NCBI GenBank assembly: GCA_019750335.1
Contig: JAIEOQ010000008.1
Span: forward strand, 688,293 to 720,292
DNA length: 32,000 bases
Direction: 5' to 3'
DNA from: Candidatus Obscuribacterales bacterium
GTDB taxonomy: Bacteria > Cyanobacteriota > Vampirovibrionia > Obscuribacterales > Obscuribacteraceae
Position numbers and translations under genes: made by a program. Within the stretch, counting starts at the first letter, position 1. Every line of letters begins with the position of its first letter. Under the pieces are notes generated by a model, which saw only the letters and a program-made list of their open reading frames with translations, had not been told where the DNA came from and did no database searches. This document shows positions 24,467 through 32,000 of the stretch, one piece after another.

Positions 24467-24485
24467 TCAACCTTGCGAGAAAATT

Positions 24486-25139
24486 ATGACTGCACCGAAC
24501 GAGCGAAGTTTTTTCAAAAGTATGCGCAATTTTTTAATTCGCGGCGTATTGTTCATTGCGCCGGTTTGGCTCTGCGTGTTTTTAGTCAAACTCCTTTATG
24601 GAGTTTGCGAAAATATGCTCGGCGGCATTACGGCTCAATTCGTCCGTTGGTTTGTGCCTGTCGACTGGCTTGGACCGTTTGCCAACGGCCACATTCCCGG
24701 ATTGAGCATGCTCACGGCAGCGGTAATGCTTGCTTTAATTGGCTTTGCCGGCTCTTGGGCAATCGGCAAAGCCGGCTTACGCTTAATCGATTTTCTATTC
24801 ATGTCCATACCAGGCTTGAATACGGTTTATTCGGCAGCACGCAAAGTAATTGACGCTTTGGCTGAGCCGGGACAATCACGTTTTCAAAAAGTTGTGCTGG
24901 TTGAAGGTCCGATGATGCCTGGCTTACAAACCATAGCCTTTGTCACCAACGAAGTAGTGGCCGATAACGGAGAGCGGTATTACTGGGTGTTCATTCCCCA
25001 CATGCCTAATCCGACCAGCGGTTACGTGTTCATGGTCGAATCACGCTACATCCGAGAAACGACTTTAACCACCGAACAAGGCTTGAAAATCTGCATGTCG
25101 CTGGGAGTGCTCGCACCACCGACAATACCAATGCGCTAG
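24486..25139 (+). CDS. DUF502-family membrane protein
   Basis: Track ORF of 217 aa. There are two N-terminal TM segments. Motifs are VVLVEGP, IPHMPNPTSGYVFMV and TTEQGLKICMSLGVLAP. Confidence 0.75.
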   Translation: MTAPNERSFFKSMRNFLIRGVLFIAPVWLCVFLVKLLYGVCENMLGGITAQFVRWFVPVDWLGPFANGHIPGLSMLTAAVMLALIGFAGSWAIGKAGLRLIDFLFMSIPGLNTVYSAARKVIDALAEPGQSRFQKVVLVEGPMMPGLQTIAFVTNEVVADNGERYYWVFIPHMPNPTSGYVFMVESRYIRETTLTTEQGLKICMSLGVLAPPTIPMR

Positions 25140-25213
25140 CCACCAGCGTGCTAGACGCGACGGCTTCTTCTTCGACTACATCACAGTCCCGCACCAAGGC
25201 AAGGAACGAAGCA

Positions 25214-26068
25214 ATGTCCCCTACCAACAACCGCAACTGCCACACCGCCGATCGCAATTTTTGCGCACCGGACGGAAAAACGGCAGCCCTTTTTGTCGAT
25301 GTCGACGGCACTATTCTTGTCTGCCAGCGTTATTTCGACGAGGCCAACGCCACTTTTGCGCGCTACATGAAATTGCGCGGTTTCGAACCTAAAGAAGCGC
25401 TCGAGATGCTGCGCGAAGTCGAACACACCAATACGGAAAAAGTGGGTTTTGAACGTGACCGTTACGGGCGCTCCCTGATTGAAGTTTACGATAAGCTACG
25501 CGCCAAGAAGAAACGCCGTTTCAAAGCCGAAGATGTTCGCTTCGATCACCAGATTTGTGAGAACATCGGACGCGCGCCTTTCTTTCGCGAACCAGAGCTT
25601 TTCCCAAACGCCGCCCCGGTTCTTGGCCGCGCTCATCACAACTTTCTGATTTTTGCCGTCACAATCGGCAACCGCGAAGCGCAAAAATACAAAGTGCGCC
25701 AAGCCGGATTGAACCAGATTTTTGACGAGTTGATCATCACCTCACGGGACGACAAAGCCGCTTTGGTCGCTCAAGTGATTAAAGACCTGAACATCGATCC
25801 TAAGCTTTCGGCCTTCATCGGCAACAGCTTGCGCTCGGACGGCGCCTGCCTGGCCGTAACTAACTTTGTTTATCTGCCTTTGGAACCCGGTGCTTTCGAT
25901 AGAGCCGTAGGTTTGCCGCAAAACACCGGCTTTGAGGTATTCGAAACCGTCGACTGGCGGCAAGCTGAAGAACGAGCGATCAACAGCTTGAAACGCCGGC
26001 GGCGCACCTTAATCGGTGAGGAAGAATCCCGTCCGCGACAACCTTGCCACAAACGAGCACGAACTTAA
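25214..26068 (+). CDS. HAD-superfamily hydrolase
   Basis: The track ORF is 25148..26068. ATG at 25214 has AAGGAA 8 nt upstream. Motif I is LFVDVDGTILV (DxDGT). Motif IV resembles FIGNSLRSDG. Confidence 0.7.
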   Translation: MSPTNNRNCHTADRNFCAPDGKTAALFVDVDGTILVCQRYFDEANATFARYMKLRGFEPKEALEMLREVEHTNTEKVGFERDRYGRSLIEVYDKLRAKKKRRFKAEDVRFDHQICENIGRAPFFREPELFPNAAPVLGRAHHNFLIFAVTIGNREAQKYKVRQAGLNQIFDELIITSRDDKAALVAQVIKDLNIDPKLSAFIGNSLRSDGACLAVTNFVYLPLEPGAFDRAVGLPQNTGFEVFETVDWRQAEERAINSLKRRRRTLIGEEESRPRQPCHKRART

Positions 26069-26098
26069 TCGAACTAGTGTTTTTATATTTTTCGTCAC

Positions 26099-26150
26099 GG
26101 CTCCCCGGCTGCGCAAAGCAACTTTGCACTAACCGGGGAGCCAATTTTTT
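26099..26150 (+). terminator. Rho-independent (bidirectional-type) terminator; hairpin repeat copy 1
   Basis: GGCTCCCCGG (26099-26108) pairs with CCGGGGAGCC (26133-26142), with inner GCAAAG/CTTTGC pairing. It is flanked by TTTTT on the 5' side and AATTTTTT on the 3' side. Confidence 0.75.
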
Positions 26151-26231
26151 GCTTCTTATATACCACAAGAAATAGTATTAACTAGAAAACAAACCGATCA
26201 GCAATCTAAGTTCAGCGACAACCCTTTCAAT

Positions 26232-26368
26232 AAAGTCCCTAGGTGTCGAGGAAGATTTACTGTCAAATTGAAATTCTAATCTAAGCGAAAAGGCGCTCCC
26301 CTGCTGAATCTGATTGTAAATGTAAAGTTTGCAATGACAGGATTTCTTCCTCGACACCTAGGGACTTT
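26232..26368. mobile_element. MITE-like element, 137 bp, with perfect 24-bp terminal inverted repeats (family B)
   Basis: AAAGTCCCTAGGTGTCGAGGAAGA (26232-26255) and TCTTCCTCGACACCTAGGGACTTT (26345-26368). The TIR core GTCCCTAGGTGTCGAGGA resembles the family A core GGCCCTAGGCGCCGATGA. Confidence 0.7.
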
Positions 26369-26406
26369 AGCAAGACTTTGAACGGAGTCTCTTATTTTTT
26401 TGAAAT

Positions 26407-26458
26407 GGCTCTCCGATTAGTGCAGAATTACTTTGTACAGCCGAAGAGCTAATTTTTT
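26407..26458 (+). repeat. Degenerate copy 2 of the terminator-like hairpin repeat
   Basis: GGCTCTCCG-ATTAGTGCAGAATTACTTTGTACAG-CCGAAGAGCT-AATTTTTT has the same layout as 26099-26150. Its loop is the approximate reverse complement of the copy 1 loop (both are near-palindromic). Confidence 0.55.
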
Positions 26459-26542
26459 AAGCTCAATTGTACTATAAGCGGTAGGATGAACAAATTAGTC
26501 CACATGTATTTCCTCGTAAGCTGCGCTTTACCCATACAAAAT

Positions 26543-26675
26543 GGCCCTCGGTGCCGATGACAAAATTATGTCTATTGAAATATTCTCGCGGATGTCAGAA
26601 TGCTGATAGATAGAGAGCTTCAGCATTAAATTGATTATTAAGGTGGACCATAAATTGTCATCGGCGCCTAGGGCC
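26543..26675. mobile_element. MITE-like element, 133 bp (family A, copy 2, inverted relative to the 8639-8772 copy)
   Basis: The left end is GGCCCTCGGTGCCGATGACAAAATTATG. The revcomp of the right end is GGCCCTAGGCGCCGATGACAATTTATGG, which is 26/28 identical to the left end of copy 1. The internal sequence is only loosely similar. Confidence 0.7.
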
Positions 26676-26734
26676 GTTACAAGAGTTCCAAATCCTTTAC
26701 GTAGTATTGATCGGACTAAACCAGCATGAATTCT

Positions 26735-26760
26735 GATTCGTGCAGAGTTACTTTGCTCAG
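26735..26760 (+). repeat. Third copy of the hairpin-loop motif
   Basis: GATTCGTGCAGAGTTACTTTGCTCAG matches GATTAGTGCAGAATTACTTTGTACAG (26415-26440) at 22/26 positions, and lies 320 bp downstream of it. Confidence 0.5.
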
Positions 26761-26895
26761 GAGTGAACGATCAAAGTTCAATAATGGTCATAGTAAGACT
26801 ATGACCAGCTATCCGGAAAATTTGAGCAACCTTTCTGTACTAAACGGATAACCATCTTTTTTGAATTTATACTATAAGTATTAGTATTCGCAGAT

Positions 26896-26945
26896 AAAAA
26901 AACTGGTGAGAGAGGCTTGGCTTCTGCTCTTGCCGCTCCCACCAG
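26896..26945 (-). terminator. Rho-independent terminator for the S41 peptidase gene
   Basis: The minus-strand RNA reads CUGGUGGGAG, loop, CUCUCACCAG with one mismatch, followed by UUUUUUU. It lies 38 nt after the stop codon. Confidence 0.6.
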
Positions 26946-26982
26946 TCAAAAACATCAAATAGCGGTATCAACAACTTAGCGG

Positions 26983-28026
26983 TCAGAGCCGCTTCAACAG
27001 GCTGGCTACAGCTGCCGCCAACTGGTTATCCTCACCGTTGGGTCCAGGCTCGACTTCATTGTCCGGCACGTATCCGAGCAAGTCGATGCAACGATCACTC
27101 GGAAAATGATTCTTGGTGTAAGTAATCCGCAAAGCACCGCAGTTCTGCAAAGCCATGGTAATTTGAGCGATGCCTTTACCGAAGGTTTTGCTGCCGTAAC
27201 TTTCCGCTCGCTTGTTGTCGACCAAGCCACCAATCAACATTTCAGACGCCGAAGCCGTACCACCGTTCACCAGTAAAACCATCGGCTTTTTACCGGTCAA
27301 ATTGGCTCGGCGAGCCGAACGGTAGCTAACACCGTTAATCACATTCTCCAGACCGTCAGCGCGAACGATATGGGCATCGACATACTTTTCGCCACCCTGA
27401 TAGCCGTGCAAGGTAGCGAAAGTCCCTTCATCGACCATCATCGAGAACACCTGGAAAGCTTGAGGCAAAGAACCACCACCGTTGTTGCGTAAATCAACAA
27501 CGAAAGCTTCAGCCTCACCCAACTGTCCTAAAGCCATCTGCACGTCGTCGGCAACGGTGTCGCCGAAGCCGTAAATTTGCAAATAGCCGATGTTGTTCGG
27601 AAGCATTCGCGAAACGGCAAAGACCGGCTTAGGAGCATCTTGGGCCGGCGCCGACGACGTGAAGTGTTCCGGCGGCAAATAGGCCGTGTACCCTTCCTTC
27701 AACGAGCCGGTCATTTCGATGATTGCCGTCACCGCCTCAGCTTCGTTTGTGATTTTGTTGTCAAAACGATGCTCCCAGGTACGCCAATCAGCCATGCGAT
27801 CGCGATGCAAGAAATTGTCGTCGAGCATGCGCCAAGAACAGTGATAAACGTTGCGCGCCCAAGAACAATCGTAAACCGACGTGCCGGGCGCGTTGAGCTG
27901 GACGCAATAAGCGTTGATCGAACCAAACTTTGCAATCCGGCGGGTGGCGTCGAGTCCACGCACAATAACGACCGTAATCAAAGCAATCAGCGCCATGGCA
28001 ACAAACGTTCGCAAAATCGTTTTCAT
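26983..28026 (-). CDS. S41-family C-terminal processing peptidase
   Basis: Track ORF of 347 aa with an N-terminal TM or signal segment. Motifs are VVDLRNNGGGS, LVNGGTASASEM and GSKTFGKG. GGGAG lies 7 nt upstream. Confidence 0.85.
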   Translation of the reverse strand: MKTILRTFVAMALIALITVVIVRGLDATRRIAKFGSINAYCVQLNAPGTSVYDCSWARNVYHCSWRMLDDNFLHRDRMADWRTWEHRFDNKITNEAEAVTAIIEMTGSLKEGYTAYLPPEHFTSSAPAQDAPKPVFAVSRMLPNNIGYLQIYGFGDTVADDVQMALGQLGEAEAFVVDLRNNGGGSLPQAFQVFSMMVDEGTFATLHGYQGGEKYVDAHIVRADGLENVINGVSYRSARRANLTGKKPMVLLVNGGTASASEMLIGGLVDNKRAESYGSKTFGKGIAQITMALQNCGALRITYTKNHFPSDRCIDLLGYVPDNEVEPGPNGEDNQLAAAVASLLKRL

Positions 28027-28391
28027 GATTGAACTCCCGTTAATGAGACACTGGAATCAGAGTGTTTGTTTATGACAGCAAGCATCGCTGTTCGGCAAAG
28101 AACACCAAGAAAGGTTGTATTAGCTACAGGTGGTTAGTTGGGAATAAAAGTCCTGTTTGATCAAAGATCAGAAGATAAACTCACCTTATAGAAGATCTTA
28201 AGAGAGAGGCAATCTTACAATTCGCCATAATTGCCAATCAATTAGTGTTTGCCCCATGGAAGCCTATTCCCGGACAGTTAGCGCAGCTGTATTAAAGTGC
28301 TGAAACAAGGCAATTATGTGAGCCGGCACAGGTTTACAAGCGACCGTCATGCTATCATCCAGCCTGGTTTTGTTAGCGAAAGGCAAGCCTG

Positions 28392-29867
28392 GTGCTCTTT
28401 AACAGCTTCACTTATCTGCTTTTTCTGCCTTTGGTAGTCGCTCTGCATTGGGCATTGCCACCGCTTGGACGACGAATTTTGCTGCTTATAGCCAGCTACG
28501 TCTTTTATATGAACTGGATGCCGACTTACGGGCTACTGATTCTCGGCTTGACCGCCGCTAATTTCTTTTTCGGCATCGCCATCGATAAATATCCGCACAA
28601 TAAAAAGGGCATTCTTACAGCTAGTTTAGTTTTCAACTTAGGCGGCTTATGCTTCTTCAAATATGCTGATTTTTTACTGAAATCAGCTTGGTCGGCTTTA
28701 CACATCACTAAAACATACACCGGCTTTCCAGCGGCAATACCGGACTCAAGCCCGGTATTGAACATACTTTTACCTTTGGGTATCTCCTTTTTTACTTTTG
28801 AATTCATCCATTATTTGGTTGATGTTTATCGTGGCAGCAAACCAATGACCAACTTTTTCTGGTTTGCTCTTTTTGCTGCTTTTTTCCCATCGCAAATTGC
28901 CGGACCGATTAAGCGCTTTCAGGATTTCGACGACCAGCTGAAAGCTAACCATAAGTTTGATTTCAAACTGTTCCGCGAAGGATTGGGACTAATTTTCATC
29001 GGTCTGTTCAAAAAAATGGTCCTCGGTGATAACTTAGGGCGGGTTGTCGCTGTCGGCTTCAACAATCCATTGCAAATGGGCACAGTGGACGCCTGGCTAG
29101 CTGCTGTCGGCTTTACGATTCAAATATATGTAGACTTCTCCGGCTATACGGATATCGGACGCGGCAGCGCTTTGTTGCTCGGTTACAAACTTCCGGAGAA
29201 CTTCAATTGGCCATTTTTAGCAGCCAGCTTGACTGAATTTTGGCGACGGTGGCATATTTCGCTCTCCACATGGTTGCGCGATTATCTGTTCATTCCCATG
29301 GGCGGTTCGCGAGTTAGCAATTTCAAGCTCAAGCGTAATCTGTTCATTACCATGGCTTTGGGCGGTCTTTGGCATGGTGCCGATTGGCACTATGTAATCT
29401 GGGGCATGTTTCACGGCGCCGGTCTGGTGGTCACTAAAGACTGGTCTGATTTAGTCAATAAAACGCCATGGTTAAGCCGCCTGCGACCGCATTTTCTCTG
29501 GCACTGGTCCGGCGTTGTTTTTACTTTCACTTTCTTGATTTTTGCTTGTGTGCTTTTCCGCGCAACCAGTATTCCGCACACCTTACAAGTAATCAGCCGT
29601 ATGTTCACCCTGGCTCCTTCAAGCGCTGTCCTACACGCTTTCATGGTTTCCACTTTGCCTGTTTCACTGACTTGTTATGCAATCTTTTTAGCTCTGGAAA
29701 GATTGGCTCACCATTCGGTTAAACAGCCAGTACCGATTGTGCACAATCTGGTTTCTTATTGGAGTCATTCCTGGCCAGCACGCTTAGCCGTATGCGTCGC
29801 CCTCGGTCTGGTAATTATGGGCTTCACACCAGAAGACGTTTCGCCTTTCATTTATTTCCAGTTCTGA
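28392..29867 (+). CDS. MBOAT-family membrane-bound O-acyltransferase (AlgI/DltB/PatA-like)
   Basis: Track ORF of 491 aa with a GTG start. Motifs are FFTFEFIHYLVDVYRG, FFPSQIAGPIKRF, FWRRWHISLSTWLRDYLFIPMGG and GLWHGA. Confidence 0.85.
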   Translation: MLFNSFTYLLFLPLVVALHWALPPLGRRILLLIASYVFYMNWMPTYGLLILGLTAANFFFGIAIDKYPHNKKGILTASLVFNLGGLCFFKYADFLLKSAWSALHITKTYTGFPAAIPDSSPVLNILLPLGISFFTFEFIHYLVDVYRGSKPMTNFFWFALFAAFFPSQIAGPIKRFQDFDDQLKANHKFDFKLFREGLGLIFIGLFKKMVLGDNLGRVVAVGFNNPLQMGTVDAWLAAVGFTIQIYVDFSGYTDIGRGSALLLGYKLPENFNWPFLAASLTEFWRRWHISLSTWLRDYLFIPMGGSRVSNFKLKRNLFITMALGGLWHGADWHYVIWGMFHGAGLVVTKDWSDLVNKTPWLSRLRPHFLWHWSGVVFTFTFLIFACVLFRATSIPHTLQVISRMFTLAPSSAVLHAFMVSTLPVSLTCYAIFLALERLAHHSVKQPVPIVHNLVSYWSHSWPARLAVCVALGLVIMGFTPEDVSPFIYFQF

Positions 29868-29871
29868 GGAT

Positions 29872-31041
29872 ATGATGCCGGTAACCCAAGAGCTATTGAA
29901 TAAAGAAGCAACCGCCTCGCGTCAAACACAACCGAGCAAGCACCGTTCGTGGTGGCTTTCTTTATTTGAATTGGTTGCTTTGACTTTAATTCTTGTTTTT
30001 GCTATCGAAGTTTTCTTTGCTTTTGCCGGCGTCGGCCAAGAAGAGTTTTTAGAACCAGACCCGGTATTGGGCGTCCGCCACATCCCTGGTAAAAAAATAG
30101 TTTGGCGTCTGGAAGGATATTCGGATGAAAAACTAAGCTCAAGCGGTCTTCGCGATCAAGAAAGAGCGATCAATAAACCGGCTAATACTTTGCGCATCGC
30201 GCTTTTAGGTGATTCAGCTACCGAAGGCATGCAAGTGTCCCTTAGCGAAACCTACGGGGCGCAACTTGAGGCAGCTCTTAACCGTAAGTATGGTGCCAGC
30301 GGTAAACAGTTTGAAGTGATTAATTTCGGCTGCTCCAGCTACTCTAACGGTCAGGAGATGATTCAACTGACAAAAGATATAGCTCAATATAAGCCGGACG
30401 CAGTAGTAGTTATGTACAACCGGGGCGACTATATTGAAAATATTCGCGACCCCAGCACAATGAAAGCCGAACCCCGCCCATATTTTTATATCAACAGTAA
30501 GGGCGAGTTTTCTCAAGACGACACAATCATGAAAAACAACCAGGATCTGTTCAAAGCTGATCCGGTCATGGATTTTTTACGCCGTTACAGTTGCATTTAC
30601 GGTGTTATAAGCCACACAAATTTGACTTTAACTATAAATGAGCCGCTCTATTCCAAATTGCGCAATACTCTTCTGAAAAGACTAATGCCTGGCTTTGCCG
30701 ATAAAACTAGGGCAGTGCAAGCTCCGTATACGATTCAAGACCCCTGGCAGGTCACCGAGACTATTTTTAAGCGGATCGGCGACAGCTGCAAAAGCATAAA
30801 CAGCAAACTAATCATTGCCTGCTTCCCGAACAACGTAAACGAACGCCAGTACTCAGTACAAATTGACTCTTTAAAAAAACTGGCCGAAAAAGAGAACTAC
30901 GGTTTTGTCGATTTAACTCCGCAGGTGATTTATAACAAAGATCCCAAATCGTTGTTCATCAAATACCATTTTTCGGGCAAAGGCCATGCTATGGCTGCCG
31001 AACAGTTGCAGCCCTTAGTCGAGAAAGCTCTAAATCAATAA
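29872..31041 (+). CDS. SGNH/GDSL-like hydrolase/acyltransferase with an N-terminal TM anchor (partner of the MBOAT)
   Basis: Track ORF of 389 aa. The TM segment is WWLSLFELVALTLILVFAIEVFFAF. RIALLGDSATEG carries the GDS motif. The start lies 4 nt after the MBOAT stop, and ATG 29875 is an alternative. Confidence 0.7.
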   Translation: MMPVTQELLNKEATASRQTQPSKHRSWWLSLFELVALTLILVFAIEVFFAFAGVGQEEFLEPDPVLGVRHIPGKKIVWRLEGYSDEKLSSSGLRDQERAINKPANTLRIALLGDSATEGMQVSLSETYGAQLEAALNRKYGASGKQFEVINFGCSSYSNGQEMIQLTKDIAQYKPDAVVVMYNRGDYIENIRDPSTMKAEPRPYFYINSKGEFSQDDTIMKNNQDLFKADPVMDFLRRYSCIYGVISHTNLTLTINEPLYSKLRNTLLKRLMPGFADKTRAVQAPYTIQDPWQVTETIFKRIGDSCKSINSKLIIACFPNNVNERQYSVQIDSLKKLAEKENYGFVDLTPQVIYNKDPKSLFIKYHFSGKGHAMAAEQLQPLVEKALNQ

Positions 31042-31042
31042 C

Positions 31043-31090
31043 AAAAGCGCCCCTCGTTGCAGCAAGGAGCGCTTTTGAAGCTTTTTCTGT
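31043..31090. terminator. Bidirectional terminator between convergent genes
   Basis: AAAAGCGCCCCT (31043-31054) pairs with AGGAGCGCTTTT (31065-31076) with one mismatch. Both flanks are T-rich when read outward. Confidence 0.6.
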
Positions 31091-31095
31091 TTTAG

Positions 31096-31407
31096 TTAGC
31101 CCAGGGCTTTATTGTTAGCGCTAGACTCCATAACTATTCCGGACATCAATTTGCCTTTTCCGGCAATCATCGAGTCCATACTGGCATCTGCTGCCTTGAA
31201 AGCATCAAATGAAATTCCTGTTGAATCACTTTTGCCTTTAGCTAAAAGGCCAGCCTCAACAGCCTGAGTGTTATTTTCAGCACGAAAGGCTTTTTCACCG
31301 CCAAGAGTTTTAACAGCCGTATCCGAAAAGGCAAAAGCAAAAGACTGGACTGCAATATCCAGACTTTTATCGTTGCTTGCCGCCGGTGCTTCTAGGGTTC
31401 GTGACAC
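31096..31407 (-). CDS. Small Ala/Ser/Lys-rich hypothetical protein (103 aa)
   Basis: Track ORF with a GTG start. GGAG lies 8 nt upstream. No TM segment or signal peptide. No family recognised. Confidence 0.55.
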   Translation of the reverse strand: MSRTLEAPAASNDKSLDIAVQSFAFAFSDTAVKTLGGEKAFRAENNTQAVEAGLLAKGKSDSTGISFDAFKAADASMDSMIAGKGKLMSGIVMESSANNKALG

Positions 31408-31483
31408 TTAGAGGACTCCAAAAAGGTGCCATACCTTTGCTTAGTTCCTAAGCCTCTTTATTAGAACACGACTTTTGACAATG

Positions 31484-31972
31484 TCAAGGAGAATTTAACA
31501 TATCTGTCATGTCGCCCGGGCCAAACATTTCGGGCAAAAGCTCGCCCATTGTTTTAGTTTGCAGTTGGCCATTTTTGCCTTCTGTAACCACAATTAATTT
31601 CTGCCCGCCGAATTCGCTTAGAAACTGGCGGCAACGACCGCAAGGCCAAGCAGAGTGGGATCTTTCACAATAAACCGCCACGGCATAGAATTTTTGTGAC
31701 CCTTCAGATACTGCTTTAGCTCCCACACAAACCTCAGCACAGACGCCGACAGGCAATGAAGCATTTTCAACATTACAGCCGCTGTATATTTTTCCGTCGA
31801 CAGTAAGCAGTGCCGCACCGACTCTAAATTTTGAGTAAGAAGCATAAGCTTTAGTCATCGCTTCTTTGGCAGCAGACAAAAGCTGTTCAAAGAGTTTTTC
31901 CTTACCACCGGCAATTTCAGCCATCTTATTTAAGAGTTTTTCTTCGTCCAAGGGATTAGTCGCCTTCAACAT
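31484..31972 (-). CDS. cdd: Cytidine deaminase (homotetrameric type)
   Basis: Track ORF of 162 aa. Motifs are SKFRVGAALLTVDGKIYSGCNVENAS, VCAEVCVGAKAV (C/H-A-E zinc motif) and PCGRCRQFLSEF (PCxxC). Confidence 0.85.
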   Translation of the reverse strand: MLKATNPLDEEKLLNKMAEIAGGKEKLFEQLLSAAKEAMTKAYASYSKFRVGAALLTVDGKIYSGCNVENASLPVGVCAEVCVGAKAVSEGSQKFYAVAVYCERSHSAWPCGRCRQFLSEFGGQKLIVVTEGKNGQLQTKTMGELLPEMFGPGDMTDMLNSP

Positions 31973-32000
31973 AAAACCTCATTACAAACTGGGTAAGTAG

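Noticed and set aside
2188-25213. N-terminal extensions in the track for several genes (starts at 1975, 2188, 6359, 7115, 17138, 18486, 19137, 21897 and 25148).
   Set aside because: In each case an internal ATG has a much better Shine-Dalgarno sequence and spacing, or marks the beginning of a signal peptide. I moved the starts accordingly. The exact starts remain uncertain without experimental data.
8639-26675. The two inverted family A MITE copies as ends of an 18 kb composite transposon or island.
   Set aside because: The interval contains ordinary metabolic genes with heterogeneous composition and several independent terminators. It has no transposase or integrase, and I could not identify flanking direct repeats. 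The arrangement is more simply explained by two independent insertions into intergenic DNA.
26069-26982. A possible CRISPR array, suggested by regularly spaced repeats in a gene-free region.
   Set aside because: The period is about 310-320 bp, not 55-75 bp. The repeats are palindromic hairpins with T-tracts and TIR-bounded elements, not short direct repeats with unique spacers. No cas genes are present in the window.

Overview
A 32 kb bacterial chromosomal segment with about 34 protein-coding genes. I found no rRNA, tRNA, CRISPR array, transposase, integrase, phage gene or known defence system. I cannot assign a taxon from the sequence.

Layout:
- (a) 1-1446: the 5' part of a Hanks-type Ser/Thr kinase gene with TM and TPR regions. 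It is open at the window edge and absent from the ORF track.
- (b) 2.2-8.5 kb: a co-directional cluster of 12 short genes with no family I recognise. Most encode small multi-Cys or paired-TM membrane proteins. One encodes a protein with 15 short leucine-rich repeats.
- (c) 8.8-13 kb: an Acs-like acyl-CoA synthetase, an AraC/GyrI regulator and a 375-aa helical ORFan.
- (d) 13.2-17.1 kb: a visibly GC-richer minus-strand block. It holds an operon led by an archaeal/eukaryotic-type PTH2 peptidyl-tRNA hydrolase, followed by a signal-peptide/TM-anchored repeat protein, a HAD-IB hydrolase and a 169-aa ORFan. A divergent adenosine-deaminase-family gene lies upstream.
- (e) 17.2-26 kb: a cupin, a CPBP protease, a GH15/phosphorylase-kinase-like protein, a patatin-like phospholipase, a FadD-like ligase, a DUF502 protein and a HAD hydrolase.
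- (f) 27-32 kb: an S41 peptidase, an MBOAT plus SGNH O-acyltransferase pair, a small ORFan and cytidine deaminase.

Non-coding highlights: a family of roughly 135-bp elements with terminal inverted repeats (three copies), and a 0.9 kb gene-free region (26.07-26.98 kb) built from these elements alternating with repeated terminator-like hairpins at a roughly 310-320 bp period.

The most promising candidates for something undescribed are the ORFan membrane/LRR cluster, the PTH2-led operon and the repeat-structured intergenic region. None of them can be assigned a function from sequence alone.
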